Below, piece after piece: positions 12,201 to 26,739 of a stretch of 64,000 nucleotides of DNA. Under the pieces are notes generated by a model that was not told the DNA's origin, ran no database searches, and worked only from the letters and a program-made list of their open reading frames with translations. Source of the DNA: Cenococcum geophilum (taxonomy: Eukaryota); contig CP158635.1 in assembly GCA_050273025.1 (NCBI GenBank), positions 18,352,001 through 18,416,000 on the forward strand. The letters are read 5' to 3'. Each line of letters opens with the position of its first letter. Positions within the stretch are counted from its first letter, which is position 1. The position numbers were made by a program, and so were the translations under genes.

Positions 12201-15200
12201 AGGCATTCTTTTATAAGGAATCTTCCTAGTTAAAGTATTAAGTCCCCTTATTCTTAAACTTCTATAGGGTGCCAACCATATATATACTTAGCGTTTTAGT
12301 ATTTCACCTTATCTGTTAACCAATATATTCTTACTAGATACTTCCGGTTTTTATCTTTAGGTGCTCTATACATATTATATACATTATCTACGTATACTAT
12401 CTATGCCAATATATAATATACTTAGTGTCTTAGGTTAACTCTTAGCTTATCTTTATCCTTAAGTTTAAACCTTTCTTATATTAATCTAAGCGTTATAACT
12501 TTATTTATAGGTACTAAGATTTATCTCTCGCTTCTCTAATCCTCTAATTACTCCTCTAGATCCTTTAATATTATAATTAAGGCCCCTTTAATATAGGTTA
12601 TAGCCTTCTTCATAATCGGGTAGTCTTAGATAACTTTTTCGTCTAGCTATATATAGAAATCTTCCTACTTATTATTATATCGTTATCTATACTACTTTTA
12701 GTATAACCCTTTAAGTATATACGGCGTGTCCGTTAAGAAGTATCTCTTTATTACTGCGTCGTAATAGCCCTTTATATATTGTTCCTTAAACCTAGTTAGA
12801 ATCCCTAGATCCTCTTCTTATTCTAGTTTAGTAAGCTACTTAGCTCTTAGTGTACCTATCTTAGGTTTATTGGTGATTTTTTACACTAGAGCTCTGTCCC
12901 TTATACGTCCCAATATACTAGATCTCTTATCTAGTTTCTATTCTTGCTATAAGGTAATTCTTACTCTAAATTCCTCTATAGTTTCTTTTATTTACGCCTT
13001 ATAAGTAGATTCTTAAAGTCTTCTTACTTCCTAATCTTTGTATTAAACTTCCGGTCTTTAGGCTAAACACTACATTTACCTAGTAAGTCTTTTAGGTCTA
13101 TATATCTGTCTCCTAGTCTAACCGCTGTTTATATTGCAGATTCCCTAATCTATAAAGAAGCCTCTTACCTCTTACTTATAGGTGTCTTAATTTATACTCC
13201 AAATTCTTAATCCCTTAGATTCTTTAATCCTAAGCTCGCTTCTAACTTAAGCTTAGCTCCCGCCTTAGTCTAACTAGGCGTTTATAGTATTTTTATCTTA
13301 TCCTAAGAGTCTTAAATCTTACTTATCTTATCTTAAGAGTCTTATGCTATTAGGAATTCTTATCCCAAGCTTATTTATATGTTTCTAAACTAAGCTGCTA
13401 CCCTACTCCATTGGTTTTCGTCCGTTATAGGTCCTTAGGTATACCTTATCTCATTTTAAGAATCTTAGTCGTCTCTTATCTTATCTTAAGAATCTTAAGC
13501 CTTTAGCCTTTTGCCTTTATTAAGTGCCAAAGTAGTTCATTATCCTACTTCTCTTACGTCTTATAAAGTAATAGATATTATATCTAGCGGGGTTTCGATC
13601 CCTACTAATGTTCCCTATTCTATAGTGGAATTATCCTCTGCCTTTAATATAACATCTCCAAGGTCTACGTGCTCTTAGTAAGCCGCTCTTATTGCCTTAT
13701 TATTATAAAATATTTCGCCTACGTTAAATTTATTATTCTTAATATCCGGTCTATAAACTGGTTTATTAGTTCCCCTATACTCTATAGATTTTAGCTTCTA
13801 TAGCTAATAACTTACGCCATACTTAGCGTCTTTATAAATTTAGTATGTATTATTATAACAAAATATAAAACTCCTAATTAAATATTCTTTTGTTCCTCGC
13901 AGTATACTATCGTCCCTCTATATATATATATCTTCTGCTAATTAGGTTCCCTTTATTACATAGTAACTTTAACTATCTTTATAATCCCTTGCGAAATAAC
14001 CTTATTTCCCGCAATTTATATAAGCTCTATCTTTAAACTATTAACTTTGCTATAGAGTCCGCCTAAACATCTTCTGCTATTAAGATCCTTGGTTTAGCCT
14101 ATGCTTCTTAGTCCTATAATTACTAGATCCTTAACCTTTAGGTTTTTATAGTTTCTTACTCTATTTTTTATAGGCTTCTTTAATACCGCTTAGGTCTATT
14201 AGCTCTGCGCTATACTATAGTTTCTAACTTAGCTTTGGTTATTACGTATTCTACGCCTTATATAACTATAAAACTCTATCCTGGCCTCTCTTAGCTTATT
14301 CCCTTTAGTAGATCCAATTATTAATCTTAATTACTTAATCTATTAATTCCCTTAGGGTATCCGCATCTTCTATTAGGATAATTGCGTCCTAGACTTTAGC
14401 TTTAAGTCCTTATTTATACTATGCCATAAGCGCCCTATTATTCCACTTAACTTATATAGCTAATATCTGGAATTATATCGTATATTCTATTGCTAAGGTT
14501 TATTACGTAATATCTTAAAGTTTTCTTTCCGCCGTAGTAACTGCCTCTAGGTCTCTAAATATCTGTATAAGTTATTCTATAAATCCTTCCTAGCTTAAAA
14601 ATATAAACCGTACCTCCTAATTAGTAGTTGTTATTCCGCTTACTTATATTTCTATAAGGTAAGGTTTAAACTATTTAAGTGCCTTTCCTGTTAGGAATAA
14701 TCCTACATAGGCTATTCAATCCATAGGTATTAGTAGCTTTACTCCTTCCTATATAACTTTAAAGTGCATTTACGTAAGAAATCCTTTAAGTTTCGACCTC
14801 TTTCCTAAGAATCTCTTAATTAATAGTAGCTTAATCTTTGCTACTCTAATCCCATTAACCCTTTCCTCTAACGTTATATTATTTATTATTAACTAGTTAA
14901 CTATCTCTTATAGTTATCCGGCCATTACAGGTTGCTATATATTAGTATCTGCTATACTAGTATCGCCCAACCTTAAAGTAGTTACCTCCGTTAATAGTGT
15001 TATAGTAGCTGCTTTTAGTGGTATATTATTTAACTTTCTATATTTAATACCGTAACTAGGTAGTAATTATATAACGGAACCTTATAGTAAGTACTACGAT
15101 GGGCTCGTTAATGGGCTAAGTATATAGGTGATATAAATTAAAGTTAACAACGTAATAATAATTGGTGGAGTAGTTGCCTAATAGATTAACTCTAATTGTA

Positions 15201-18200
15201 TTCTAAGAATTACTATAAGGAAGGAATTATCTAGGTAGGGACTAAGGGTCCTTAAATACACAACCGTACTCCTATGAAATCCTCCTTATATATAATATAT
15301 ATACACTCTATTTGCTCTATTGTAAATTACGCAGATCCTATAGATTATACAGATCATATTATGTGACCTTAGCTACTATTCCTCATTATATAGTTTTACT
15401 AAATCTATCCTAAACCGTACTCTTATTAACCAACTAGCTTCTTCTGACTCTTCTCCAAGTAGTCGTAATATTGTACTTAAAGCGTCCGTAATAAGAAATG
15501 TCTTAGTAAAACACTCGATAGATGAATTCCGACGCTTTGACCAAATTCTACTAAATTTTGCTAGCTTAATTAACTTCTGCCAAATTCTGCCAGATTAATT
15601 AAATTCTATTAAAGTCCGTTAAAGACCGCGTGTGTATATGCGCACGCATCGACCACCAAGCCCCTAACTATTTAATTATATAATTCTCTTATTATTCCTT
15701 TCTCTTCTTTACGTAATGTCTTGTTCTTAGCAAGAGCTATATACCCTTAAATTTAGATAGAATTTATATCATTCCTTTAAATCTTCCCTAAAGTCTCTCC
15801 GCGCCCTTATATTATATTACATTAAGAATAACTACTATTAAAATAGCAAACGAACTTAAACCTACTGCGTTAACTACGAGTATTATAGCCCTAGTTAGGA
15901 AACAGTTAACTATAATACAACAGCTCTTTATAGATGCTTTGGCCCAATAGCAAGCAATATTAAAAGCTTAGTATTAGTAATTAATGGGAATAATCTATAA
16001 AGAACTCTGTAACCTTAAAGCACTTATATTAAAGACCCTAATAATAACACCTATAAATAAAATTAAAATAACTATATACGAACTTAGCCTGTTAAATATA
16101 AACCCTAAATTAGTAACGGTAACTTAACCTATACCTATAATAAACCTAATACCTACTATAAAATCTAAAAGGCTTTCTAACCCTCTAATATTTAATGGAA
16201 ATTAAAATAACCTACGTCCCTTTATAACTAAGCTCTGTCTTAAACTTTTAATAAACTATAACTAATACCCTACTAAAGCTAGCAAGATTAGCTATAGAAT
16301 ATCTTATTTAAGTAAAGACGCTATATAAACTATAGACCTATTCTTCTATAACGGCACCTTTATTATTTTTAAAATCTTTATCTCTCTACTAAAATAAATA
16401 TATAATAACGCTAGCCGTAAATATACAGCTGTTACTAAACTTAAAAACCTATAATAATAGAACCAAGACTTTACTAGCTTCTTTTTGGAATTTTTAGGCC
16501 TTATTAATAAACTAGATTAGAATAAAGCCACTAGAGTTACTACTCTCTATTAAGCTATTTTAGATAAAATTAGAGCATAGTTAGTAGGTAAAGAACTGCT
16601 AAAGGACTTACCCGAATTTGCTATAATATATTAACGAATTAATAAGGACCTTTAATATAATAAATAGACTTATTCCTTAAAGCCAACTATACCTTATGTT
16701 TAAAACTCTACGAAACCGGTATATACCCTAAAGCGCGACCTATCTCTAAGACCTAGAAGCCCTATATATAACCCTATAGACCTTAATACTAACCGATCCT
16801 ATATATTCTTAGGAACTAATAAATAAAGAACTTAAGCTATAAATGGAGAATGCTTTAGATGCGGTAAAAAGGGATATATTTAAAGGAATTATTAAACTTA
16901 CCCTTTTGAAAAGGTCTAATGTAGTTCCTCTTAGTCCTTAAATTATACTTATTCTATAAATTATACTTAATTTCTATAAAGCGTCTTACCTTTAGTTAAT
17001 TTAGAAAATGAATTATTCTAAGGCTAAGTCGCGCCTTAGGATAAGAAGTGGAAGAGTATAAGTATCTAAGCTCTTCTAGCGCTGATATATAATATAACTC
17101 CCTTAATATACTTAGCGAAATTTAAATACTTAAAAAATAGAAGGAAGTATAAATCCTTATAAATAGCGGAGCCACTAATATAGGCTTTATTAATACGAAC
17201 TACGCGAAAACTTAACGCTTAAATTTAAAGAAACTTAATAAGCCCTAAGGACTATAAGGCTTTAATAGTAAGCCTTTAATATACGGCGAATTAATATACT
17301 ACGCTTTTATAAAGATGCGGATAGGCAAATACCTTAAATATATTTCCCTATTTATAACACCCTTAAAGCATTATAAGGTAATACTTAGATATAAATAGCT
17401 AAAATAATATAACCCTTTAATTAGCTGGGTTAAAGAAATACTAAAATTCCGTATAACCTACTATTAAAGTTATTACTTAAAATACCACTTGCCCTATAAA
17501 TATACACATAACTATTTAAATTTAATATAATATAAATTACCCTTACTATAAACCTTAAATTAATATAATAAAGTTATAACTACCAATCGCGGTAAAGAAT
17601 GCGAAGATAATATATTTAAACCCTTTAAAATTTATATAGTATAAGCCGCACCCTTTTATTTATTAGTAAGAAAATGAGACTATAAGATCTTTACTATAAC
17701 ACTAGAAGATATTAAGAAGGTATTAAAACTAAAGCAATATATTAACCCCCAACCTCTTATACCTAAAGAATATTATAATCTAATTAATATGTTTAAGAAA
17801 CAATTTATAGACCAACTACCCCCGTATTAAGATAAGCATAATTTTAAGATAGAACTTAAACCTAGTATAATGCTAAAGTTTGGCCCGTTATATGGTATAT
17901 CGCAAGAAGAGCTGCTTATAATGCGATAATACCTTAAAAAACACCTAAAGAAAGGATTTCTTCGCCCTAGTTAATTACTATTTACCTTACTTATACTATT
18001 TATTAAGAAACCTAGAGGAGGCTTAAGGTTCTATATTAATTATTAAGCTTTAAATATAATTATAATTTAAAACTAATACACAATTCCTCTGCTTTAAGAA
18101 ACGCTTAACCGCTTAAAAAAAGCATAATACTTTATAAAGCTTAACGTAGTCACTGCTTTTAATTAAATCTATATTTATAAAGGAGATAAAAAGTATATAG

Positions 18201-18613
18201 CTTTCTATACACAATAGGGACTTTTTAAATACCTAGTAATGCTATTTAGTGTAAAAAACGGTCCTAGTATATTTTAGTAATATATTAATAATACGCTTCG
18301 CGAATTCCTTAATATATTTATTACCGCGTATATTAATAATATCTTAATCTATTTGTCTTTACTTTCTAAACATTAGAAGCACGTCTAAATAGTCCTTAAA
18401 CGCCTATAAGACGCGGGCTTATAATGCGATATTAAGAAATATAAGTTCTATATATCTAAAGTTACATACTTAGGCCTAATTATATCCCGTAACGGAATTA
18501 AAATAGATCCTAAGAAAATTGCTATAATTATAAACTAAGAAAGTCTTAGTAGTATATAAAACATCTAAGGATTTCTAAGATTCGCAAATTTCTACTATTA
18601 ATTTATTAATTAC

Positions 18614-21600
18614 TGTATAATTACAGCACCTAGTATACAAACGCGTAAATACGCGTTCGTGCACCAACCACCTACGTGCTGACTAATTAGGGGGGAGGCG
18701 CATCAGTATATAGACCACGTAGTCTGCTTTATACAATTAACAGTCACTATCTAAACAAGCATACAATACTACATGTATTTCGTGCCCGTGGATACGACTT
18801 ACTTATGCTATTAAGTTAGTATAAACACTAATTAGTAAGCGCGTATAGATCAGCAATTATTTAATACCTCCCCCCAAGCGATATATACGACAGCGACTAC
18901 CTATTTAGACTCCTAGTACGACCTACTAAAAGGTTAAAAGTTAGGGATTACGGACTTATCTCTAACTTTATATACTTATTTAAGTCTTAGTATAGTTTAT
19001 TAGAAGTTATAGACGCGAATATAGACCTATATGGAACCCCTATTCTTAACCCCCTCAAACCTTAAACCTCTTTGGACCTTTTGCGGAAACCTCTTACCCT
19101 CCTGCGAACTATTATAGACCCGTTAATTGATTTTACGGACCGTTATAAGACCTCCCCCACCCGTTATAAGCTGCTACTACCCGCTATGCACCACACTATA
19201 CTATAATATGGTAGATATTAGCAAGCAAGTTAGCGAAGGTTAAAAGAAGTGGAGATAAGGCGTCGACGTTACGTCTATAAATGACGTTAACAACTATATT
19301 AGCTTTAAAATCCTTAAATATAGATACTTTGAGCTTATAAATAACGACCTGTGGGAGCAATATAAGGAAGACTTTACAGACTTTACGGAAGCTATTTTTA
19401 AGGCTTGTAACCCTACTGCTATCCGTAACCTATAAACCCTTTTACGTTACTAAGGCGTATGGGTTAAAAGGGATAAACGAGTTACTGTTGCACGGTCTCT
19501 ATATAATATACTACGTAAGGAGGACTAAACGGAATGGACTAAAGAGTAGATCTTAGATTACATTAAAACCAGCAACCTCTTCGCCTCTTTTAAACTTAAT
19601 AGAATCTCTAGCCTTATAGCTGACCCATTTAACTAAATTCGTTCTATAAACCTAAGTGGTATTAGAATTAATCTTACTGGCTAAAGTATATCTAATACTT
19701 AAGTTACGGACCACAATACCCCCGTAACCCAAATTATGGACTATAATACCCCTGTAAACCAAAATACGGACCAAATTACCCCCGTTATTTAAGTTATAGA
19801 TCCGTAAGCTATATATCCGCAAGCCATAGATCCGTAAGTTATAGATTCGCAACCTACCTAAGTAAAGACCTACGGTAAGGAGCTAGCTAACCTGGCTAAG
19901 CTCTATACTGACGAATCTAAGTACAGCGGTAAAAACGATAACTTTAACTTTAAACTTACTATCTTTACGGACCTCTGTTGGAAGGCTGATATTCCTAAAT
20001 AGGAATTTAGCTAAGCCTACTCCACTATGCTGCGCGGCCTAGCACTTAACTATTACTATACTAACCTTAAGAGCAACCCCCTTAGTGTTCCCTTTAATAA
20101 GCTATGCAAAGCTACGCGTAACTACTTTAAAGGACCAGAATATAAGTGTGATATTCTTACCTAATGGAATGCGACTAAGCTACGGACCGTAATTGATAAG
20201 AATACTAAAAAATCGACTATAGAGTGCCTACAAATTCTTATTAAAGACCTTCGGCACCTATAGTACGGCCTTAACACCAAGCTTTGAATAGACGACTTCC
20301 TATATAATAAACTTATTATAGCCTACTAGGAAGTAGAGCCCTGTAAGTATACCTACTATAAGCCTACAGATACCTTAGCTGGCCTCATTAATAACCTACG
20401 CTCCTTTATTGTAACGTATAAAGTCTTAAACCTACTAGGCAGCACTTAAGCCTTTATTGCGGATATTTAATATCCGTAAACAGACTTAGACGTCTACTTT
20501 ACGGACCGCCGCTACCGCTAGCAGCACCTATACCGACTAAATCCTACCCGTAACCCTTATAGCAACCCCCGTATAAAAATATACCCCCGTAGACAAACCA
20601 GCTAGAAGTGCTTTGTGTGCGGTAAGGAAAGATGTTAGTCTATAAGGCATACCTAGGAAGAACGTAATAAATCTAGGAAGAGACTTAATAGCCATATTAA
20701 CTAGTTTATTTTGGAATATAAAGGAAAGGAAGTAGAAGAGCCCCCTAATAAGTTAATAGAAGCCCTTATAATTAACTTTAACTTAGACGCTTAGGAATAA
20801 GAGACCTTAGAGATATTCCTAACTACTTTTAGACCTTTTACGGATAGCTAAGCCTTTAATATTACGACCGTATTAGCTAACCGTTTCTTTATACACTTAG
20901 TTACGCCCAAAAACTATTCCGTAAGTACCCCTATTATAGATATTATAGATTATAAACAGGACCTATTTGCATATATTACTACAAAACGCTATACCCCTAA
21001 AGAATTCTATGGTGTTATAATCGACACAGGTGCCTCTAAGAAGTCTACCGTAGGCTATGGATAATACCTCATATATAGGACTACTATAAATAACAATACG
21101 GACATTGATATTACGTAAACTGGGGCCGTAAACGTCTAATTCGGCATCGGCTTAACCGCATTAATTGGATTAGTTAAAGTTAAGACTCTAATTGGCCTAG
21201 TTAACTTCTATATAGTAAAAGCGGATACCCCCTTTCTACTCTGTCTTGTAGACATGGATAGGTTATAGGTGTACTATAATAATATTACGGACACCCTAAT
21301 TAGCCCCGTAACTGCCCTAGGAAGCAAGTATATTACCCTACCAATTATATAACGATTTAGACACCCGTTCCTTATATAGGGAGAGACTTTACGGACCTAC
21401 ATTTAGGAATCTTTCGACTATAACCCGTGCTACCTTACCAGTACGGAGATCTACTACCTATACTGCTGTTTCGGCCACCTGTTAGCCGAAAAGCTGTATA
21501 GAGTCCTTAAACGCTCTGGATATAACAACATTAATAGAAAGGCAATTAACTACCTAACTAAATACTGCTCCTTCTGCTAGAAATACGGACGTTCCCTAGG

Positions 21601-24600
21601 CCGATTTAAGTTCACCCTTTATAAGGACCTTAACTTTAACTACTTAGTGTACGTAGATATTATATATATTAACGGCAGTCTAGTATTATATATAATTGAT
21701 AAGGTAACCCGCTATTAAGCCGCCCGTTAGTTGTAAAATATATCCATAAAATATACTTGGGATATTTTACGGACCTGCTAGATCGATATATACGTTAGAC
21801 CTCCGCAGTATATCACCTATAACGCCGGTAGGAACTTTATTAGCAAGGAATTCTAGCAGTATACTACGGCCATGGCTATATTAACAAAAGCTGTTCCAGT
21901 TAAGGCGCATTGGTCCGTTAGGCTTATTAAGTAAGCTTACCTAGCCTTATAGAGAGCTTACTAGATTATTACAGACGAATGCAAGGACATCTAAAAGGAA
22001 CTGGCTCTATAGATGGCCGTAAAAGCCGTTAACGACACTGCTGGCCCGGACGGACTAGTACCTACCCTCTTGGTTTACGGAGCCTACCTAAGGATAAGCA
22101 ACCTAGGCCCTCCTACCCCGTCTATTACGGAACGAGCAGCTACAATATAGAAGGCAATAACTAAAATAGTCAAGCTACGGGCCAAGTAAGCTATTAATAA
22201 CGCCTTGTACTACCGCAACGGACCTAACACGACCCTAGTACACGACCTCCCACTTAACTCTGAAGTCCTTGTATGGCGTAAAAGCGGCAGTTAAAATGGA
22301 CCTTATTATCTACTGGCCGTAGAAAACGAGACGTGCTGCGTATAGCTTCCTAGTGGGCCAACCAGCTTTAGAAGCACGTCCGTAAAACCCTACTTTTGGC
22401 CCAAAAATACCTATAACGTCAAACTAGACAAACTGGAAGCACCCGTTAAACTAGACGAACCGAAAGCACCCGCCAAATTAGACAAACTAGAAGCACCCTT
22501 ACCTACCCCAGAAGTCCCCTAGAAACCCACTAAACCTACTAAACCTACCGTAAAGTATAGTTGAGGACGCCCCTAAAAGCACCCCATAACTAAGAATACT
22601 ATAATAGAAAATTACCTAACCTCCGCAGGAATATCCGTAAGGTAATCTCCGCCTATAGATATATTAGTTCTAGTATAGGAAACCCTGTTTACGGACTTAT
22701 AACATAAAGAGATTAATAGACTACTTAAAAAGGGTATCTTTGCGGTTATAATAGAGAAAGACGTCCCGTAAGGCGTCCGTATATTTAACTTACGCTTTAT
22801 TAATAAGATTAAGCACCCTAGTACTAATAAAGCCTTTAAGAAATTAAGGCTTATTGTATAAGCTTATAACGACAAGGGAAAGAACTTAGTCCTTACGCAA
22901 TTGCCTATAATTTAACGAGTTAGCTAACGAATTATACTTATACTTACGCTGGGACTACAGTAAACTAAACCCGTAGCCCTATACTTACAGGATATCTCGC
23001 AAGCCTATATACAGTCCAACACCTACCTAAGTAGGGACATCTTTATACGACCACCCCGTGAGCTTAACCTATAACTAGGAATAATTTTATAGGTTATAAA
23101 ACCTCTTTACAGAGTACTAAAAGCTAGGAACCACTAGTTTAAGATATACCACCAGCATCACGTTAGTAAGCTTAAAATGGAATAGTTAACCTATAACCCC
23201 TGCCTCCTATACAGCCTATTAAACGGCCTTAGTATTATTAGACTTTAAATAAACAATACCCTATTCCTAGCAGACTAGACCTTTGCGGATGCTAAAGAAA
23301 CTAAACTATAAAAGGCTAAGTTCTTAGTAAAGCCGTAAGAGTAGTTAACTAAGTAAAATCTAATTAAGTTTAATAGAGGCCTAATTATATAAAAGGGTAA
23401 CCTAATTAAGCTAACTTAGGAACGCTAAGCTTAAAACCTAAAGCTTATTATAGTAAAGCCTACGGACCTTACTAGTTCCCGCGGAGAGACCTATAAGACC
23501 GTAAATATAAAGGACTAATACGCTATATAGCGTATAAGAGGCGCCTATATTACCATAGTCTGCTAACCCAAATCTACCTACGACTTATCCTTTACGGCCT
23601 AGGTAGTAGATCCATAAGAAGAAAATATTAAGCAGCTTAATAAGCGCATTTAGTAGCAAATTAATAATGCAGTAAGGGGACTTACTTTTATACTACTAGA
23701 CCTAAATTCCCTTAGCCTACTGGTATTTATAAACGCCTCCTTTGCTAATAATAAAGACCTATTATTACAAATTGGCTTTATAATTGTACTTATAGACCGC
23801 AATTAGGACGTAAATATACTGTACTAGTCTTCAATTAAGTATAAATAAGTAACCCGTAGTGTACTAGCTTCTAAACTATATATACTAGCTTATGGATTTA
23901 ATATAGCAGCTGCAATTAAATTAACGGTCTAGAAGATTCTATAACTGGAGCAGTTACCTCTGGTTTTATACACCAATTTAAAGTCCCTTTACGACTGCCT
24001 AGTTAAACTAGGTACGACATAAGAGAAGAGGCTTATAGTTGACCTAATGTGCTTACGTTAGGCCTACGAACGACGTAAGATTATGAAGGTTAAATAGATT
24101 AGCAGCGGAGATAACCTAGTAGACGCCATAACTAAGGCAAAGCCGTGTTAAGCCCTTAAAACCCTAATTAATACAAATAAGCTTAACCTAAAAGTTATAG
24201 AATGGGTAGAACGGGACTAATGGAGCACCTATGGTATATCTACGGCCCGTTAGAAGGCCGTATAACTCGTTATATGGTATAGGTAGAAAACGGTAGAAAG
24301 CTACGGTGGAACTTGGTAGACTCACGTAACCTACTAAATTTTACAGGGTGGTTAAATTAACCAATTACAATTTTCTATCCCCGGGATGGAAAATCGCCAT
24401 TGGTTCGCTTAGCACTAGCGCCTTAGCGGCCCTTAAAATCTAACTTATAGCTCGTTTACTGCCCGTTAAAAGGCCGTATAGTTTATTTTACGGACCGTAA
24501 GTAGAACTTACGGCTAGCTTGGGGCACCGTTTGGAAGGCAGCCTAGACGGCACCTTAGGGAGATTTCCTATATATTTTCTTATGTGTTTTATGGTTCTAT

Positions 24601-24868
24601 TAAGGCAATTACGGAGGCTGTATATAAGTGGTTTTATTTTCCAAGTACCGCTAGTGTATAATTATAGCACCTGGTGTATAAACGCGTAAATACGCGTTTG
24701 TGCACTAACTACCTACGTGCTAACTAATTAGGGGGGAGGCGCATCAGTATATAGACCACGTAGTCTGCTTTATATAATCGACAGTCACCATCCAAACAAG
24801 CATACAATACTACATGTATTTCGTGCCCGTGGATACGACTCACTTATGCTATTAAGTTAGTACGAACA
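18614..24868 (+). mobile_element. Ty1/Copia LTR retrotransposon C2 (RIPed), inserted in B pol
   Basis: 214-bp TG...CA LTRs 18614-18827 and 24655-24868; TSD ATTAC at 18609-18613 and 24869-24873; protease IDTGA (~21020), RT DISQAY (~22990) and GLQTDD-like (~23240) motifs. Confidence 0.97.
24361..24432. other. Shared palindromic module, copy in Copia C2 (hairpin 1 only)
   Basis: CCAATTACAATTTTCTATCCCCGGGATGGAAAATCGCCATTGG followed by CTAGCGCCTTAGCGGCCCT, the reverse complement of the C1 copy. Confidence 0.85.
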
Positions 24869-26739
24869 ATTACTTTTTAAAAATTATTTAGCTATTAGTA
24901 AACTTAATAAGGAAAAACGTAAGACTTAAATAGATTACTAAATATAAATAAACTTTTAACGACCTAAAATATTATTTTATAACTACTTTAATTCTCGCCT
25001 ACTTTAATCTGGACCTTAAATATATTGTTAAAATAAACTTATTTAATTATATACTAGGAGGAGTATTATTACAATATAATAAGAACGGCGAGCTACGCCT
25101 AGTAGCCTTTCTCTTCCGGAAACTTACCCCTACTAAATTAAACTATAAGATATATAATAAGGAACTACTTATAATTATTAAATGCTTTAAATAATAGCGT
25201 CTAAAACTTAAAGGATTGTTATTCCTAATACGCGTATTAACAGACTATAAAAACCTATAGTACTTTATAACTATAAAGTAATTAATATAGCGCCAAATTC
25301 GTTAGGCCGAATACCTCTTATAATTTAACTTTAAGATTACGTACCGACCTAGTAAACTTAATTAAAAGCCTAACTTATTAGTATAATAATTATAAAACTT
25401 ACCTATAAACGCCTCTAATAAACGGATTATAAATTAATTATAAATTCTACTGCCCCCTAAACGCTTTAAGAAACTACGCCCTATATTTTTAAATATAAAG
25501 CTTAATAAAAATAAATTAAAAATTAATAAGTAGGATATAGAAATTAATAAATTAATAGAGCACAAATATAAGAATAATCCTTAGATAGTAGATATAATAA
25601 AAGCAATTTAAATAGGGAAATGGCAATATAAGGATATTACACTCGCTAAATATAAAATCTATAATAATCGGTTATACTATTAATAGAAGATAGTAGTCCC
25701 AAATTCCAAACCCTTACGATTTAAAATACTTAAATTTATACATAATTCCCCTATAGTAGGGCATCCTGGCCGTATAAAGACCTATAATATTATCTAACGA
25801 GTATATTACTGGCCTATAATATATAACTATATATAAAAATACGTTTAAGTATACAGAATATACATACGTGGGAAGACCTCTTATGTAAAGAAGTAAGGAG
25901 TACTTTAACTATTACTAATTCTAATATAAAGATAGCGAGATATCTTAATTAACTTTATAGTTAACCTACCTAATAGTAATGGGTTTATAAATATTATGGT
26001 AGTTATTAACTATCTTATAAAAATACGATATATAATTCCTATAGACTTAATTAATGCAATATTAGTAGCCAAATGTTTTATTAAGTACGTCTTTAAGCTA
26101 TATAGACTTTCTAATTTAATAATATCCTACCGCGGAAGCCAGTTTATTTTAGACTTTTAGTAAGCCCTATATAAACGATTAAGCATATAAATATAACTCT
26201 TAACTATATTTTATCTAAAGACAGATAGTTAAACTAAAACTATAAACGCGATTATAGAACAATACCTATAAATATACTGCTCCTACCTATAAGATAACTG
26301 GGAAAAGTAGCTACCTTTAACTAAGTTTACTTTAAATAATATAAGAAACAAATTAATAGGCGTAACGCTATTTTACGTAACCTACAAATAAGACCCTTAA
26401 CTTAGATTTAAACCACAACCCAAAATCAATACAACAGGACCTATAATTAAGAGGATTTAATTAATTAACGTGTATAACTTTACTAATTAAATAAAGCAGT
26501 TAACGAAACTATTATAAAGTAAATTAGCATACGCTTAAATAGTATAGAAATAGCATATAAATAAAGAATAAGCTCCCGCGTAGGACTTTAAAAAAGGTAA
26601 TATAATTTACCTAAATATAAAAAACCTAAAGACTTAATAACCCTTAAAGAAACTAGACTAGAAGTTTACGGGCCTATACTAAATTAAGAAAAAACTAAGC
26701 CTATACGCTTATAAGCTTAAACTGCTAATTAAGATAAAA

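Larger units (their letters stand above)
1506..15493 (-). mobile_element. Ty3/Gypsy LTR retrotransposon A1 (RIPed), inserted in the 5' LTR of B
   Basis: ~424-bp LTRs 1506-1929 and 15070-15493; TSD AGAAA at 1501-1505 and 15494-15498; polypurine tract next to 1930; minus-strand RT motif VYLNNIIIY (~10970-11000). Confidence 0.96.

Noticed and set aside
19700..19855. 30-bp and 15-bp tandem repeats (also 27-bp repeats at ~22420-22500 and ~30-bp repeats at ~37840-38040)
   Set aside because: In-frame low-complexity linkers within the C2 and E polyproteins; explained by the retroelements.
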